Of a stretch of DNA of 32,000 nucleotides, positions 19,465-29,888 are shown piece after piece (within the stretch, counting starts at the first letter, position 1; the number at the start of each line of letters is the position of its first letter). The notes below the pieces were generated by a model. That model worked only from the letters and a program-made list of their open reading frames with translations. It ran no database searches and was not told the DNA's origin. The stretch covers positions 1 through 32,000 of the forward strand of contig JADGIF010000016.1 in the NCBI GenBank assembly GCA_018985225.1, written 5' to 3'. The stretch comes from Amoeboradix gromovi X-113. Its lineage: Eukaryota > Fungi > Sanchytriomycota. The position numbers and the translations under genes were made by a program.

Positions 19465-20208
19465 ATGGATTATTATTCAATACTTGGAGTGAAGAAAACT
19501 GCGAGTGCCGATGAAATAAAGCAGCAATATAAAAAACTGGCCTTGAGACATCATCCTGACAGATGCCATGGGAAAACGGAACGCGAGCAGACAGAAAATA
19601 TGAGAACATTTCAAAAAGTTGGTGAAGCATTTGAAATACTATCTGACCCATTAAAAAGAAGCCAGTACGATCATAAAGATGTCTATAATTATAAAGGGTT
19701 TGAAATGCACAATCCATTTGATATCTTTAGTGAGATATTTGGCAACAACAATTGGGCGCGTGACACCAGGAATGCAAGTGATATTTTCGGAGGTGCAGAT
19801 CGCATGTTTATGGACTCTTTCATTCAGCAGCCGCATCCAATGCACTCTGGTTTTCAAGATCATTTTAATTTATATCAACCGCATTTACAGAGACCAAATG
19901 AATCAGAGTCAATGAAAAATTACAATAAGCAGCGTTCTAGACGATACCCTTTGCCAAAAACTAGAAACTATCAACAGCCTTGTGAAAGTTCAGGCAGAAT
20001 AAATCAGATAAGTTTCACAAATACAACTTCTACGAGCAGGTCACAGAGTACTATTAATGGAGTGACCAAGATAAGAACTGTAAAAAAAGACGTTAACGGA
20101 AACGTCGAAGAGATAGACGAAGTTCACTATGGCAAGGAAAGTGCAAGAGTGGTGAAAGTGAATGGGATTGTGACAGAACAGCGTGGTAACTCCAAGTTAT
20201 TACAATAA
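19465..20208 (+). CDS. DnaJ/Hsp40 (DNAJB6/B8-like)
   Basis: MDYYSILGV..IKQQYKKLALRHHPD..FQKVGEAFEILSDP.KRSQYD; G/F-like region; S/T-rich beta C-terminus. Confidence 0.92.
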   Translation: MDYYSILGVKKTASADEIKQQYKKLALRHHPDRCHGKTEREQTENMRTFQKVGEAFEILSDPLKRSQYDHKDVYNYKGFEMHNPFDIFSEIFGNNNWARDTRNASDIFGGADRMFMDSFIQQPHPMHSGFQDHFNLYQPHLQRPNESESMKNYNKQRSRRYPLPKTRNYQQPCESSGRINQISFTNTTSTSRSQSTINGVTKIRTVKKDVNGNVEEIDEVHYGKESARVVKVNGIVTEQRGNSKLLQ

Positions 20209-20266
20209 ATTATTTATGCCAAATCTTTCGCTTTTTACGGGACCACATAGAATTGTGACACACTGT

Positions 20267-22930
20267 ATGAGTAAGAATCAGAATCCTTCGACTAAATTAC
20301 AAATACTCTTAAACAGAGTCCAAGAAAAAGATTTCAAGGCATCAATGGAAGTCGAAGCATTTGCAAGTCAGTCTACTGTCGAAGAACTGTTTGATGCCTA
20401 TAAACAGGTCGATTTAAGAGTCAAAAAATCATCAAAAGAATTGGAAAGGTATTATTACAATAACTACTACTCGTTTATTGAGTCCGCTAGAGAGCAAATA
20501 GACACCACTAAGTTATTAGAGCATGTGAATAGCAAGTTAGCAAATCAATACATTCCAATTATTGAGGAAATTAATTCTAGCTTTGAAGGCATTCGTGAAC
20601 AACTCGCTGATGAGTTGCTAAGGTATGAACAGCTCAAGAAATACAGTATTGCTAAGAAACAGTCCGGTTGGGTCGTTGATTTATTTGTAAATCTCGAAAA
20701 ATCATTTCATCGTATCAAAGGTTCAACACCTTTAAACCCCAAAGAATGCTCGTTTAAAGACATAAATTATAAGATTTACGGCTACATCATCCGCTGCGCG
20801 TATCACATTAAGAATTATTATCTGTTATCTCTGTTCAGTGCCTCCAAGAATAATCCTGAAATCAAATCAATTTTATCCAAGTGCAGTCAAGTTGTCGTTC
20901 GTATCGCGCGATTAATTGAGTCTATGCTCACCACCCACACTACTTGGTGCGGTAGTTGGAGTTTGGAGTACCCGATTTTGTTACTAGTTCATTCATTTCT
21001 TTCAGAATTGAATATTCCATCAGAAATAGGGAATAAAATACAATCGAAGCTGCCACTCATATTCCAGTTTTACACTCAAACATTTTCTTTTACTAACCAA
21101 AAGTATCTCAACATGTCTACAAATGAAGAATTCGTTAAAATGCGTAATTTGGTTTTAAGAGATGTATGCTTGTTTGGACTTACTTTAAATGCGTTTTACA
21201 TAAATATGGAGCCAATAACTTCTGATTCTACTAATGTTAAAATCATCTATAACCATTTATATCAAATTAGACAATTGACATGTCCAGTAGAATGCGAGTC
21301 AATACTATTGACACTGAACAGTTTCTATACACCACTAATGGACATACTGGTAAGCTCAACTGTAAGTTGTTATAGCTCGCTCCTAATTTGTTGTATAAAA
21401 AAAGACTACCTGGGAGAAAACTTCAATTCGAACAAATTGGTACATTTATTACGAAATATTAAAGCGGAGTGCCATGAAGCTGCTATTTTTCCATTTGATT
21501 TCTTATGGTCAGTTGATAAGAGTGCACCAGTTAAGGTTGATGAAAATGTAGTGATTTTGCAGCTTTTAGAGACAAGCCAACTAGTCCAATCTAGATTTCC
21601 GTTAACAGAAGCCCTATTCGCTAACCTGTCTTCTCGTTTGATGGCTCACGTGGTTTTAGAATCGATTAGATACTCGTTTTTAGAAGTAAGATCAAAACTA
21701 CAATTTGCCCTGGAAGATTGTTTGAAATTTATCACAGTGCAGTTTTCATCTAAGCAGCTAGCCACAGGACTGCTAGAGACTGAGCGAGTCCTAGAAAAGA
21801 CACTAAATGATGTCGTTCGCAAACAACTGAAAAAGATTCGTAGATTCATGATAGATGGAAATGAGCCTATTGAATGGTTCAGCAAGGCGGTATTGGACCA
21901 GCTGCATGATTTTTGGAGACACATAAGCGATTCTTCATTTCTTGATTGCAATTCTCAGTTAATTCTTAGCCGCGTCTGTTTTGATTCTGACATGCATTTA
22001 ATCAACAACTGCTTTATCAAGTTTTTAGTTCTAATTCACTCTACGGAATTTGAAGAGGAGGAAGAGCCTAGTACAGAGATGATTCAATATTACAATTCTT
22101 TAAATTTTGGAGTATCTGAACTCCGAGAAAATGTGAGAATACAAGCTAAACAGAAGTTAGGCCATTACATTTTACACCATTGCTTGCATTTAACGGGCTT
22201 GATGGGTCTCTATTTCAATGATTTGGATCACAAAAAGGACAAAATCATAATTTCAACAATACTGCAACAATCTATAACCTACATAAAGGACATCGAAGTG
22301 TTTGCCAGTGTCATTTTTGATGAACTTGGAAAGGAGGATTACTACACATCTAGACCCCCTGTGGCCAAGAAAGGCCATGCAAAAACATATTCTTTGGACG
22401 ACAGATTTAGTGACCGCGAGTCGGCTAGTAGCACTGGAATATCACCTACAAAAGTAGATTCAAAGTCAGTGGTGCTTACTGCGCCAAGATTATACTCTAG
22501 CCATGTTCACAAGCTATTTAGAAAGCACGTTGATTACTATCCTCAATTGCCTACGACAATAATAAAAAATGAGCTGAAGGTCAGGGTTGATTTCACAAAG
22601 GAGGCAATAATTGAACATTTGTTGTTGGTGATAATCAAACACATGATTGAAGGGATAAAAAACAGATGTACTTTATTTTATTGCGGAGTGTTTACATCAC
22701 AACAATATGAGCAGATATACATTGATGTCGAATACTTAAAGATGATAATTAGATTATCAGCAAGCAAGCTGGAAAGCAGCGTAATGGATGACAAATTTCT
22801 GATGATTTTATTAGACGAAGCTAGAAGTTATGCATTCGCAAATTGTCCATCTCCAAGATCACCAGATACTAAATATATGCAACAGATATTAGAAGAAGAA
22901 CGAATAAAATTGAGCAAGACAGCTAAATAA
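20267..22930 (+). CDS. VPS51: Vps51/Ang2 (GARP/EARP tethering subunit)-like
   Basis: N-terminal Vps51 motif EELF...VKKSSKELERYYYNNYYSFIESA; C-terminal HVHKLF, EQIYID, LLDEA..A..NCPSP. Start could be ATG 20216 or 20267. Confidence 0.65.
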   Translation: MSKNQNPSTKLQILLNRVQEKDFKASMEVEAFASQSTVEELFDAYKQVDLRVKKSSKELERYYYNNYYSFIESAREQIDTTKLLEHVNSKLANQYIPIIEEINSSFEGIREQLADELLRYEQLKKYSIAKKQSGWVVDLFVNLEKSFHRIKGSTPLNPKECSFKDINYKIYGYIIRCAYHIKNYYLLSLFSASKNNPEIKSILSKCSQVVVRIARLIESMLTTHTTWCGSWSLEYPILLLVHSFLSELNIPSEIGNKIQSKLPLIFQFYTQTFSFTNQKYLNMSTNEEFVKMRNLVLRDVCLFGLTLNAFYINMEPITSDSTNVKIIYNHLYQIRQLTCPVECESILLTLNSFYTPLMDILVSSTVSCYSSLLICCIKKDYLGENFNSNKLVHLLRNIKAECHEAAIFPFDFLWSVDKSAPVKVDENVVILQLLETSQLVQSRFPLTEALFANLSSRLMAHVVLESIRYSFLEVRSKLQFALEDCLKFITVQFSSKQLATGLLETERVLEKTLNDVVRKQLKKIRRFMIDGNEPIEWFSKAVLDQLHDFWRHISDSSFLDCNSQLILSRVCFDSDMHLINNCFIKFLVLIHSTEFEEEEEPSTEMIQYYNSLNFGVSELRENVRIQAKQKLGHYILHHCLHLTGLMGLYFNDLDHKKDKIIISTILQQSITYIKDIEVFASVIFDELGKEDYYTSRPPVAKKGHAKTYSLDDRFSDRESASSTGISPTKVDSKSVVLTAPRLYSSHVHKLFRKHVDYYPQLPTTIIKNELKVRVDFTKEAIIEHLLLVIIKHMIEGIKNRCTLFYCGVFTSQQYEQIYIDVEYLKMIIRLSASKLESSVMDDKFLMILLDEARSYAFANCPSPRSPDTKYMQQILEEERIKLSKTAK

Positions 22931-22979
22931 ATAAAAATTGTTTAATCATATAGGCTTGAAACATTTAACTAATTTTCAA

Positions 22980-23644
22980 ATGACGAATAGACTACAGACC
23001 ATTAATCGGATAAAAAGGAAAGAATATAAAGGAAGACCGTTTATATGCTGGATAGCACTGTGTGTTTGCAGTTCAATGTTGATAACATTAGTTGTTTTCA
23101 TAGTTATGGTAGTAACATTTACACTACCAACTTTGAATCTAAACGATTTTTCAAGCGGAAACCCACCATATAGTATACAAGGCGGCACTTTTTTAGGAAA
23201 TTCAATAAATGGCAACCTTCAGGATGTAGTAGTGAGAATGAATTGGAATTTGAATTTGCAAGTTGTTAATCCCAATTTTTATGGATTTACTGTAGATAAT
23301 CTAAGCATAGATATATACTATAGAAATAACAATGTTTTAGTGTCGCAAGTGCAAAACACTAGGGTTCAAATTGCACCGAAAGATACAACAAATCAAACCA
23401 TACCTATTTCTGTAATATTGAAAATGACTGGATCGCAAGCGTCTACGTACATGGAAATAATGTCAAAATGCGGATATTTGGGAGGTGCAAAGTCAACTCT
23501 AGGAATGAGATATGAGATCAAGATTGATACTGCACCGATCAACTGGTTTGTAAAGCCAGTATTTAAAATCAATTACGATAACAGTATTTATTAGCTAAAT
23601 TAGATTGTCCTATAGACTTCAATAACTTGAATGTGAATACTTAA
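22980..23644 (+). CDS. Single-pass membrane protein with LEA_2-like domain; exons 22980-23583 and 23604-23644
   Basis: N-terminal TM helix, LQVVNPNFYGFTVDNLSIDIYY, C-terminal ..NCP restored by a 20-nt intron. Confidence 0.75.
23584..23603 (+). other. 20-nt intron (gtatttattagctaaattag)
   Basis: GT..AG with A at -6; removal gives DN|NCPIDF...*. Confidence 0.7.
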
Positions 23645-23667
23645 ATGTTGCGATGAATAAAATGCAA

Positions 23668-25176
23668 TCAATTTGTCCATTTTATTAACTTTCTGTCTTT
23701 TAAATCCATAGAGTAGAACCCGTCATTTTTTGGATGGAACACTGTTTGTATAACAGGTGTGTTGTGTGATTTTAAAGAGTGAAATTCCTTGTCTGGATTT
23801 CTATAGTCCCAGAACAACACGGTACCATTTTGACTACCTACAGCTATGTTAAACCCATCACTACTAACGCTTGCTTTGGAGAACGAATTATCCAAAGTGT
23901 ATAAAGAAGAAGTAAAATGTTTTACTGGCTGTCCGTCACGTATATCTACAATTTTTAGTGCAGAATCTCTATAGTTGACTAGCACGCAGTTATCGTTCAG
24001 CATGGTGGCTGCTTTACAAATCGATATACCTGCACTATTATGCTTTTCAGTCTCAAGAGATATGGCACCTTTGGTTAGATCCCAGATACGCACTGAACCG
24101 TCTAAATGACAACTAGCTACTTTAGTGCCACCGTAATCCATGCTGCATAAATCATTAAAACTGGATACACCAAATATGGTCTTTGTCACATAACCCTGAA
24201 CAGCATCAAATACTTTGAGAGTGCGATCATATGAGCCACTAATTATACGATCGGAATCACCAGAGAACGTAGCACAAGTTACTTTGGATGCGTGCCCGGT
24301 TAGGGTCCATATTAATTGCTTACTTTCGACATCATATAGTCTAACTGTTTTATCGTAAGACGTAGATACACATCTGTTGCCCAATTCATTGAAGCTGCAG
24401 CTGAGTATACTTCCAAGCGCAGAATCAAACTTGTGTAACACTTTTAGCTCTATTGAGTCTAAAAGTTTTAATACTTTATCGCCACCACCAGTCAAGAGCA
24501 AATCACCACTGTTGCTGATATTCAAAGCATATCCCTCTTCTGTGTGTACTATCGCTGTACATGATACTTTTAGTTTATTAATTTTTATTTCTTTCCTTTC
24601 ATTTGAAATGATGTTCCAGTCATTCTGTTTGGATGGGGAAACCTTTTTTGGGGATAATTGATCATTAAAAGATTCTGCTTGCTCTTCTTTCAATTTTAGC
24701 CATCTGTCAATTAGATCTCGGTTTTCTTTACAAAGTTCTTCATTCTTAATGTCTAGCCTAGTCAATTCAAGATTTTGAGCGGACAATTCATCGTGAAGTA
24801 GTTCTATGGCTTTATCCTTTTCAACAAGTACTTCTTTTATGATTTTTGTCTCATTACTTAACTTGTCTACCATTATGCAAGTTTTTTCATAACTAGTTTT
24901 ACATTTAGCAACCTCTTGTTGCAGATTAATAGCAGTCTGAACCAGTTTAGAGCACCGTTCTTTTAATCTTTCGTTCTCCAAAGTAATGTTATGATTGTCC
25001 AATTCTGACTGATGGAATAACTTTGAAAAAGTTCCTTCTTCTTCTTCCTCAGATTTATCCAGTTTAATATGCTCTAGATTTCTAAGACGGCATAACTCAT
25101 CTTGCAAATAAATGATATGATCATAAACTTCAAAATTTTGTGAATCTCGTGCCTCTATCAAGGATCTCAAATCCAT
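23668..25176 (-). CDS. ATG16: ATG16L1-like autophagy protein (ATG5-binding helix, coiled coil, WD40)
   Basis: LIEARDSQ..YDHII; KAIELLHDELSAQNLEL..NEELCKENRDLIDRWLKLK; WD40 repeats TGGGDK, LTGHASKV, SGSYDRTLKVFD, SCHLDGSVRIWD. Confidence 0.88.
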   Translation of the reverse strand: MDLRSLIEARDSQNFEVYDHIIYLQDELCRLRNLEHIKLDKSEEEEEGTFSKLFHQSELDNHNITLENERLKERCSKLVQTAINLQQEVAKCKTSYEKTCIMVDKLSNETKIIKEVLVEKDKAIELLHDELSAQNLELTRLDIKNEELCKENRDLIDRWLKLKEEQAESFNDQLSPKKVSPSKQNDWNIISNERKEIKINKLKVSCTAIVHTEEGYALNISNSGDLLLTGGGDKVLKLLDSIELKVLHKFDSALGSILSCSFNELGNRCVSTSYDKTVRLYDVESKQLIWTLTGHASKVTCATFSGDSDRIISGSYDRTLKVFDAVQGYVTKTIFGVSSFNDLCSMDYGGTKVASCHLDGSVRIWDLTKGAISLETEKHNSAGISICKAATMLNDNCVLVNYRDSALKIVDIRDGQPVKHFTSSLYTLDNSFSKASVSSDGFNIAVGSQNGTVLFWDYRNPDKEFHSLKSHNTPVIQTVFHPKNDGFYSMDLKDRKLIKWTN

Positions 25177-25332
25177 TTTCTGAAAAGGTTTCAAAATATA
25201 ATCGTATGCTGCTTTTTGAAGTTTGCCTTTGGATTTTAATATTCTACATCAATGGTTTGTTGAGATTGCGAAGTGTCTGAAAACACCTCTGATACCTCAA
25301 ATTTTTAAAACGTACGTCGTCAGTGTGTACTC

Positions 25333-27091
25333 ATGGAAATGCACCGATTAGAATCCTTATCGCTTCCATACTCTATCTATAATAAGAGCAGAAAGCTAAT
25401 GATATTGCTGCCGTTATCCTTATTAGTTGTAATAATTGGATTATTTAGTTACAGCTACTCGATTGTAGATGAGCGATTTTATCTGAATGGAGCTGTAGCA
25501 ACTGATAATAAAATATGCTCTCGTATCGGTGTTAGCATTTTAAAAGATGGAGGAAATGCTGTGGATGCCTCGGTAGCATCTGCGATATGTTTAGGTACCA
25601 TAAATGCATTTGCAAGTGGTATTGGTGGAGGTGGATTTGCACTAGTTGGAGGAGCATCCCAACCTGTTCAATACTTTAATTTCCGTGAAAAAGCACCTCA
25701 ATCCGCGGATCCCAATATGTTCGTTGGCAACCCAATGGATGCTCAAATCGGAGCCAAAAGTGTTGGTGTGCCTGGTGAGCTAATGGGATTGTGGGAAATG
25801 CACATTAAGTATGGAAAAATGGAATGGCAAAAGCTGTTTGTTCCAAGTATTAGAATAGCGCAACATGGTTTTCGTGTTGATAAACTGTTGTTAAAACGAC
25901 TGGAAAGCGTTAAAAAATCTATTTTTCTTGATCCCGGATTCTCTAGCGTTTACACAAAGATTGTAAATAATGAAAAAAAACTTGTCGAACTAAATGATTT
26001 AATTACAAGGCCAAATTATGCCAAAACACTTTTAAGCATATCTGAAAGTGGAATAAAATCATTTTATCATGGCAAGATAGCCGCTACTTTGACAAAATTT
26101 TTGCGCGAGAATGGCGGAATTTTGACCATGCAGGACTTTGGCAATTATTCTGTAATCGTCAGCGATCCCCTTGTTGTAAATTACAGGGGCCATAAGGTAT
26201 ACACAACTAGCTTACCGAGTGGTGGACCTGTGTTAGCAATGATGCTTAAAATAATGGAGAACTACTCAATTCCTTCTGGGTTAGGTGGTGACATAGACAC
26301 GCATAGGATGATCGAGGCCATGAAATGGGGCTACGCTCAAAGATCTTTTTTTGGGGATCCTCAATTTGTGCCAAATGTAACTGAGAAGATTAATAAAATA
26401 CTTTCTAGCAAATACATAAGTGCTATTGTTCCTCGAATAGTAAATGATATGACATTTGAGCCAGAGCACTGTAAATTATATTAACGTAGACGATTCAGAT
26501 TACTCACAGTATTCAGACCACGGCACTACCCACTTTTCCGTTGTTGACAAAAGCGGCTTGGCTGTTAGTTTGACAAGTACGGTAAATCTCAATTTTGGAT
26601 GTATGATGATGGAACCAGCCACTGGAATAATTTTAAATGATCAATTAGATGACTTTTCTATACCCAATAGAAGTAACTATTTCGGCTTAAAACCCAGCGT
26701 AGCAAATTACATTGCACCGGGTAAAAGGCCTCAGAGCTCAACGGCACCTACTTTCTTGTGGAAGAACGGAAAATTAGTTTTGAATATAGGAGGAAGTGGT
26801 GGTTCTAGAATAGGGACTGCCGTGCTTCAAACCATAATAAGAGTAATAGATGAGCATATAGGAATGAATCACGCGATCCAGATGCCTAGGGTTCACCATC
26901 AGTTATTTCCAAATAAGTTGGAAGTGGAGAGTACAATGGACAATGTTCTTATTCTCGATTTGAAAGCTAAAAATCACACAATGGACATAATTGAGAAAGC
27001 GTTCTCAGCAGTTCAGGGCATACATGTAGTTAACGGCAAAATATATGCTGGCTCAGACCACAGAAAAGACGGCGAACCCGCAGGATATTAA
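25333..27091 (+). CDS. GGT: Gamma-glutamyltranspeptidase, type II membrane; exons 25333-26470 and 26490-27091
   Basis: GGNAVDA, SGIGGGGF, NFREKAP, GVPGE, DHGTTHFSVVD (catalytic Thr), NDQLDDF, PGKRPQSS, GGSGGSRI, PRVHHQL. Confidence 0.95.
26471..26489 (+). other. 19-nt intron (gtaaattatattaacgtag)
   Basis: Removal joins EPEH|YDSDYSQYSDHGTTH in frame. Confidence 0.9.
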
Positions 27092-27493
27092 AATATTGTA
27101 ATAAATTGAAACCTATATTCTTTATGAGTAATTTAAAAATATTTCATGACAAACCTGCTTGTCAAGACCTCAATTAAGTATCGTTTATGTTTAGGTGTCC
27201 ATTAGCTAGCGGTAAGCACAATTGAACGCGAAAGTATATGTTGGAGACGTTTTTGCAAAATCTTTAACCTCTTTATGGAAAATACTACAAGGACTATAAA
27301 AACATAATCAAAACATACACCCACAAGTACTGGGATACAACCAGAAGGTTGGGATAGAGTCTTTTTTTATAATGCTGAATTACAGGGCTTGGTAGCACTT
27401 AGATGACAGTCAAATTCTCGCTAACATCTTACAGATTAACTTGGAGACATCCTTTCGGTAGAAAACTTATTGGGATATATTAAAAACAGTTTA

Positions 27494-29741
27494 TTATATT
27501 CCATCATAGGATTCAAACAATATCAGCGACACCAATGCTGACCATCCATTAAACGGCTTAGCTCTCTGTCCTTTTCCGTTTTCGTCGGAGTATTGCTCCC
27601 AAAAAAAGCCTGTTCTTTTAAACTCTTTGTACACATTTTCTATCACATTCTTCCTTAACTCTTCATAAATGCTTACCGCCAATTGCTTTTCCTTCGAATG
27701 CAGATAGTTCTTGTGCAAACTAGCACAAACCAGATAATTCATCTGAATCCAAATTGGCCCTCTCCAGTAATTTTCTCCTAAATGACTGAATTCATCATCT
27801 AATGACAGCGATCTAATCCCGTAATTTGTCCACATTTGCTTACTTCTTATAAATTCCAGTATTGGTTTTAAATGATCGCTTTCAGGTGGTATCAATCCCA
27901 GCATTAATGGGTAAATAGTCAAATATCCCTTATGGCAAGTATGTTCCGATTTCCCGTCAGCATTGATCGTCAGATCACAGTAACTTTGCTCTTTACTATT
28001 CCAGTGTATTTTCTCCAAGTTGTCTATTCCATTGATGTAATCTGAATTAAATCTATCGTAATCTGTTGTTGAACCCATTGTATTTGCAATTTTACTTAAC
28101 AATTTAGCATAATAAGTCATCCAGCTGAGCAGATCTACGTGGAGTTCACCAATATGTCCAGGAACACTCCTAGGGTAGTCATCCATGCCGCTAGCAAACA
28201 AATGCACGTCTGTTCTTCCTCTCCATCGGAATACGAATGAGTTATCGTACTGTCTATCATATTGGTCGCTATTGCCCAACTGAGTTTTTAAAAACCATTC
28301 GTAATTTTGTTTCAATTTGGGATAAAGAACTGCCACTCGCTGATAAATCATGTTCAGTTCTTGCTGTTTTTTGTATTCGTAGGTGTCTATGTCAAATTCT
28401 TTAGTGTTCTTATTACTCAAGTAATCACTGATCTTAGCAGCGCGTTCTACGCTTGCAGCAATAGGAATGATTAATGTAGGAGGATTACCTACATACGTGT
28501 ACTGCGTCTGGAATTCCTGGGGAACTTTACTTCTAGCTTCGTCGCCCAATATCTGCTCTCTAGCTATCCATCCGTCGCTGTCCATTATGTTAAACCACGA
28601 ATCCAAAATATCGAAACTACATCAGATAAAAATACCCGATAGCTTCATCATACTTGCCTATCATTAACAGATGGAAACCCTCATCCCATATGAACCCACG
28701 TGGAAAGTGAGATCTGCTTGGGGTCGAACTGATTAACTCATAAACATTTGTAAATTCAGGATTTTCCAAATCTTTGCGATGCCCCAATTTGTTTTTTTCA
28801 GGAACCGCATCCTCATCGTTATCAAAATAGTCAGCGAATTGGCTATCGTAAGGATCATAATCATCTTCCACTAAAGGGGTTTTGTCAACAATATAGTTTC
28901 CCGAGAAGTAACCAATCCCACCAATTGTGGAGGCAATAGCAATCTGTGAATACTTAAGATACTCATCATTAAACATCTTGTTACCCTTTTTTTTCGAAAT
29001 AGAACTTGTGGAAACGTCGAATTTTAAAGAAAATGATTCCCCAAAAGAGCTTTTGTATTCAGAGAACTGGTCTTCGGCATTTTTAAGTAGCTTTTTTGCA
29101 GCCTTGACACCATTTCCCGTAAAAACTACTTTTAAATCAACGTCGCCTTTACCTACTTGACGATGCATCACAACATTTGATTTCAGATCAAAATGAGTGT
29201 CAAAGTAAAGACTTTGGCTATCCATCGCTTTCTTTTCAAACTCCTGCTGAATAGTCCAAGTTTTACCGCTGTCGAGCTTGAATCCACTCGATTTTATCAT
29301 TTCACCATTACTCTGAAAGTAAATCCCAACATCTTGTTTATTATGTACACCAGAAAATCCGAAAACATCTGAATGATCTTCATAGCTGAAAATTCCATCT
29401 TTTGAATCGCTCCCTAAATAAAAAGCCAACCCAGTTACCGCGCCTTGATTCTTTGCTTTACCTGAGATGTGTGCAATCCACTCACCATTAATTTGGGACC
29501 ATTCTATATTAAATTTCATGTCCTTATCCTCAATCACTTCATTGGAATAGTTAGAACCATCATGCTTGTCAAAATAATATGAATATGGATATTCGTTGTT
29601 ACAAACATGTCTAATTTCAGGTTTTTCGGCATTCCACCAAATCAGGCCCGCCAGTAACCCATCGGGTTCTGTTGTACGTACACCCCAATATAATTGCGGT
29701 CTTCCAACCCAATTGGCCAATGTGATGCTGATAAATAGCAT
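27494..29741 (-). CDS. CWH41: Mannosyl-oligosaccharide glucosidase I (GH63); exons 29741-28636 and 28616-27494
   Basis: RPQLYWG, PSRSHFPRGFIWDEGFH, GWIAREQILG.EARSKVP, NPPTL, ASGMDDYPR, YWRGPIW, WEQY..G.G..PFNGWS. Start uncertain. Confidence 0.95.
28617..28635 (-). other. 19-nt intron (gtatttttatctgatgtag)
   Basis: Removal gives DEAIG|FDILDSW, joining the two ORF-track frames. Confidence 0.9.
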
Positions 29742-29888
29742 TGTTTCAAAAATAATGTGGTACCCTCGGTATATTAAAGATACATACATTATAATGTAGT
29801 AAACTGGACTATATAAAGTTGCACTTTCTATCACCTTTGCACAAGAGACACCAATGATACCATCTTATTAAAAAGTCACGGATAAAAC

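Noticed and set aside
22668-22688. Possible in-frame 21-nt intron in VPS51 (gtactttattttattgcggag)
   Set aside because: Ends in GAG, lacks the -6 A, and the frame is open without splicing.
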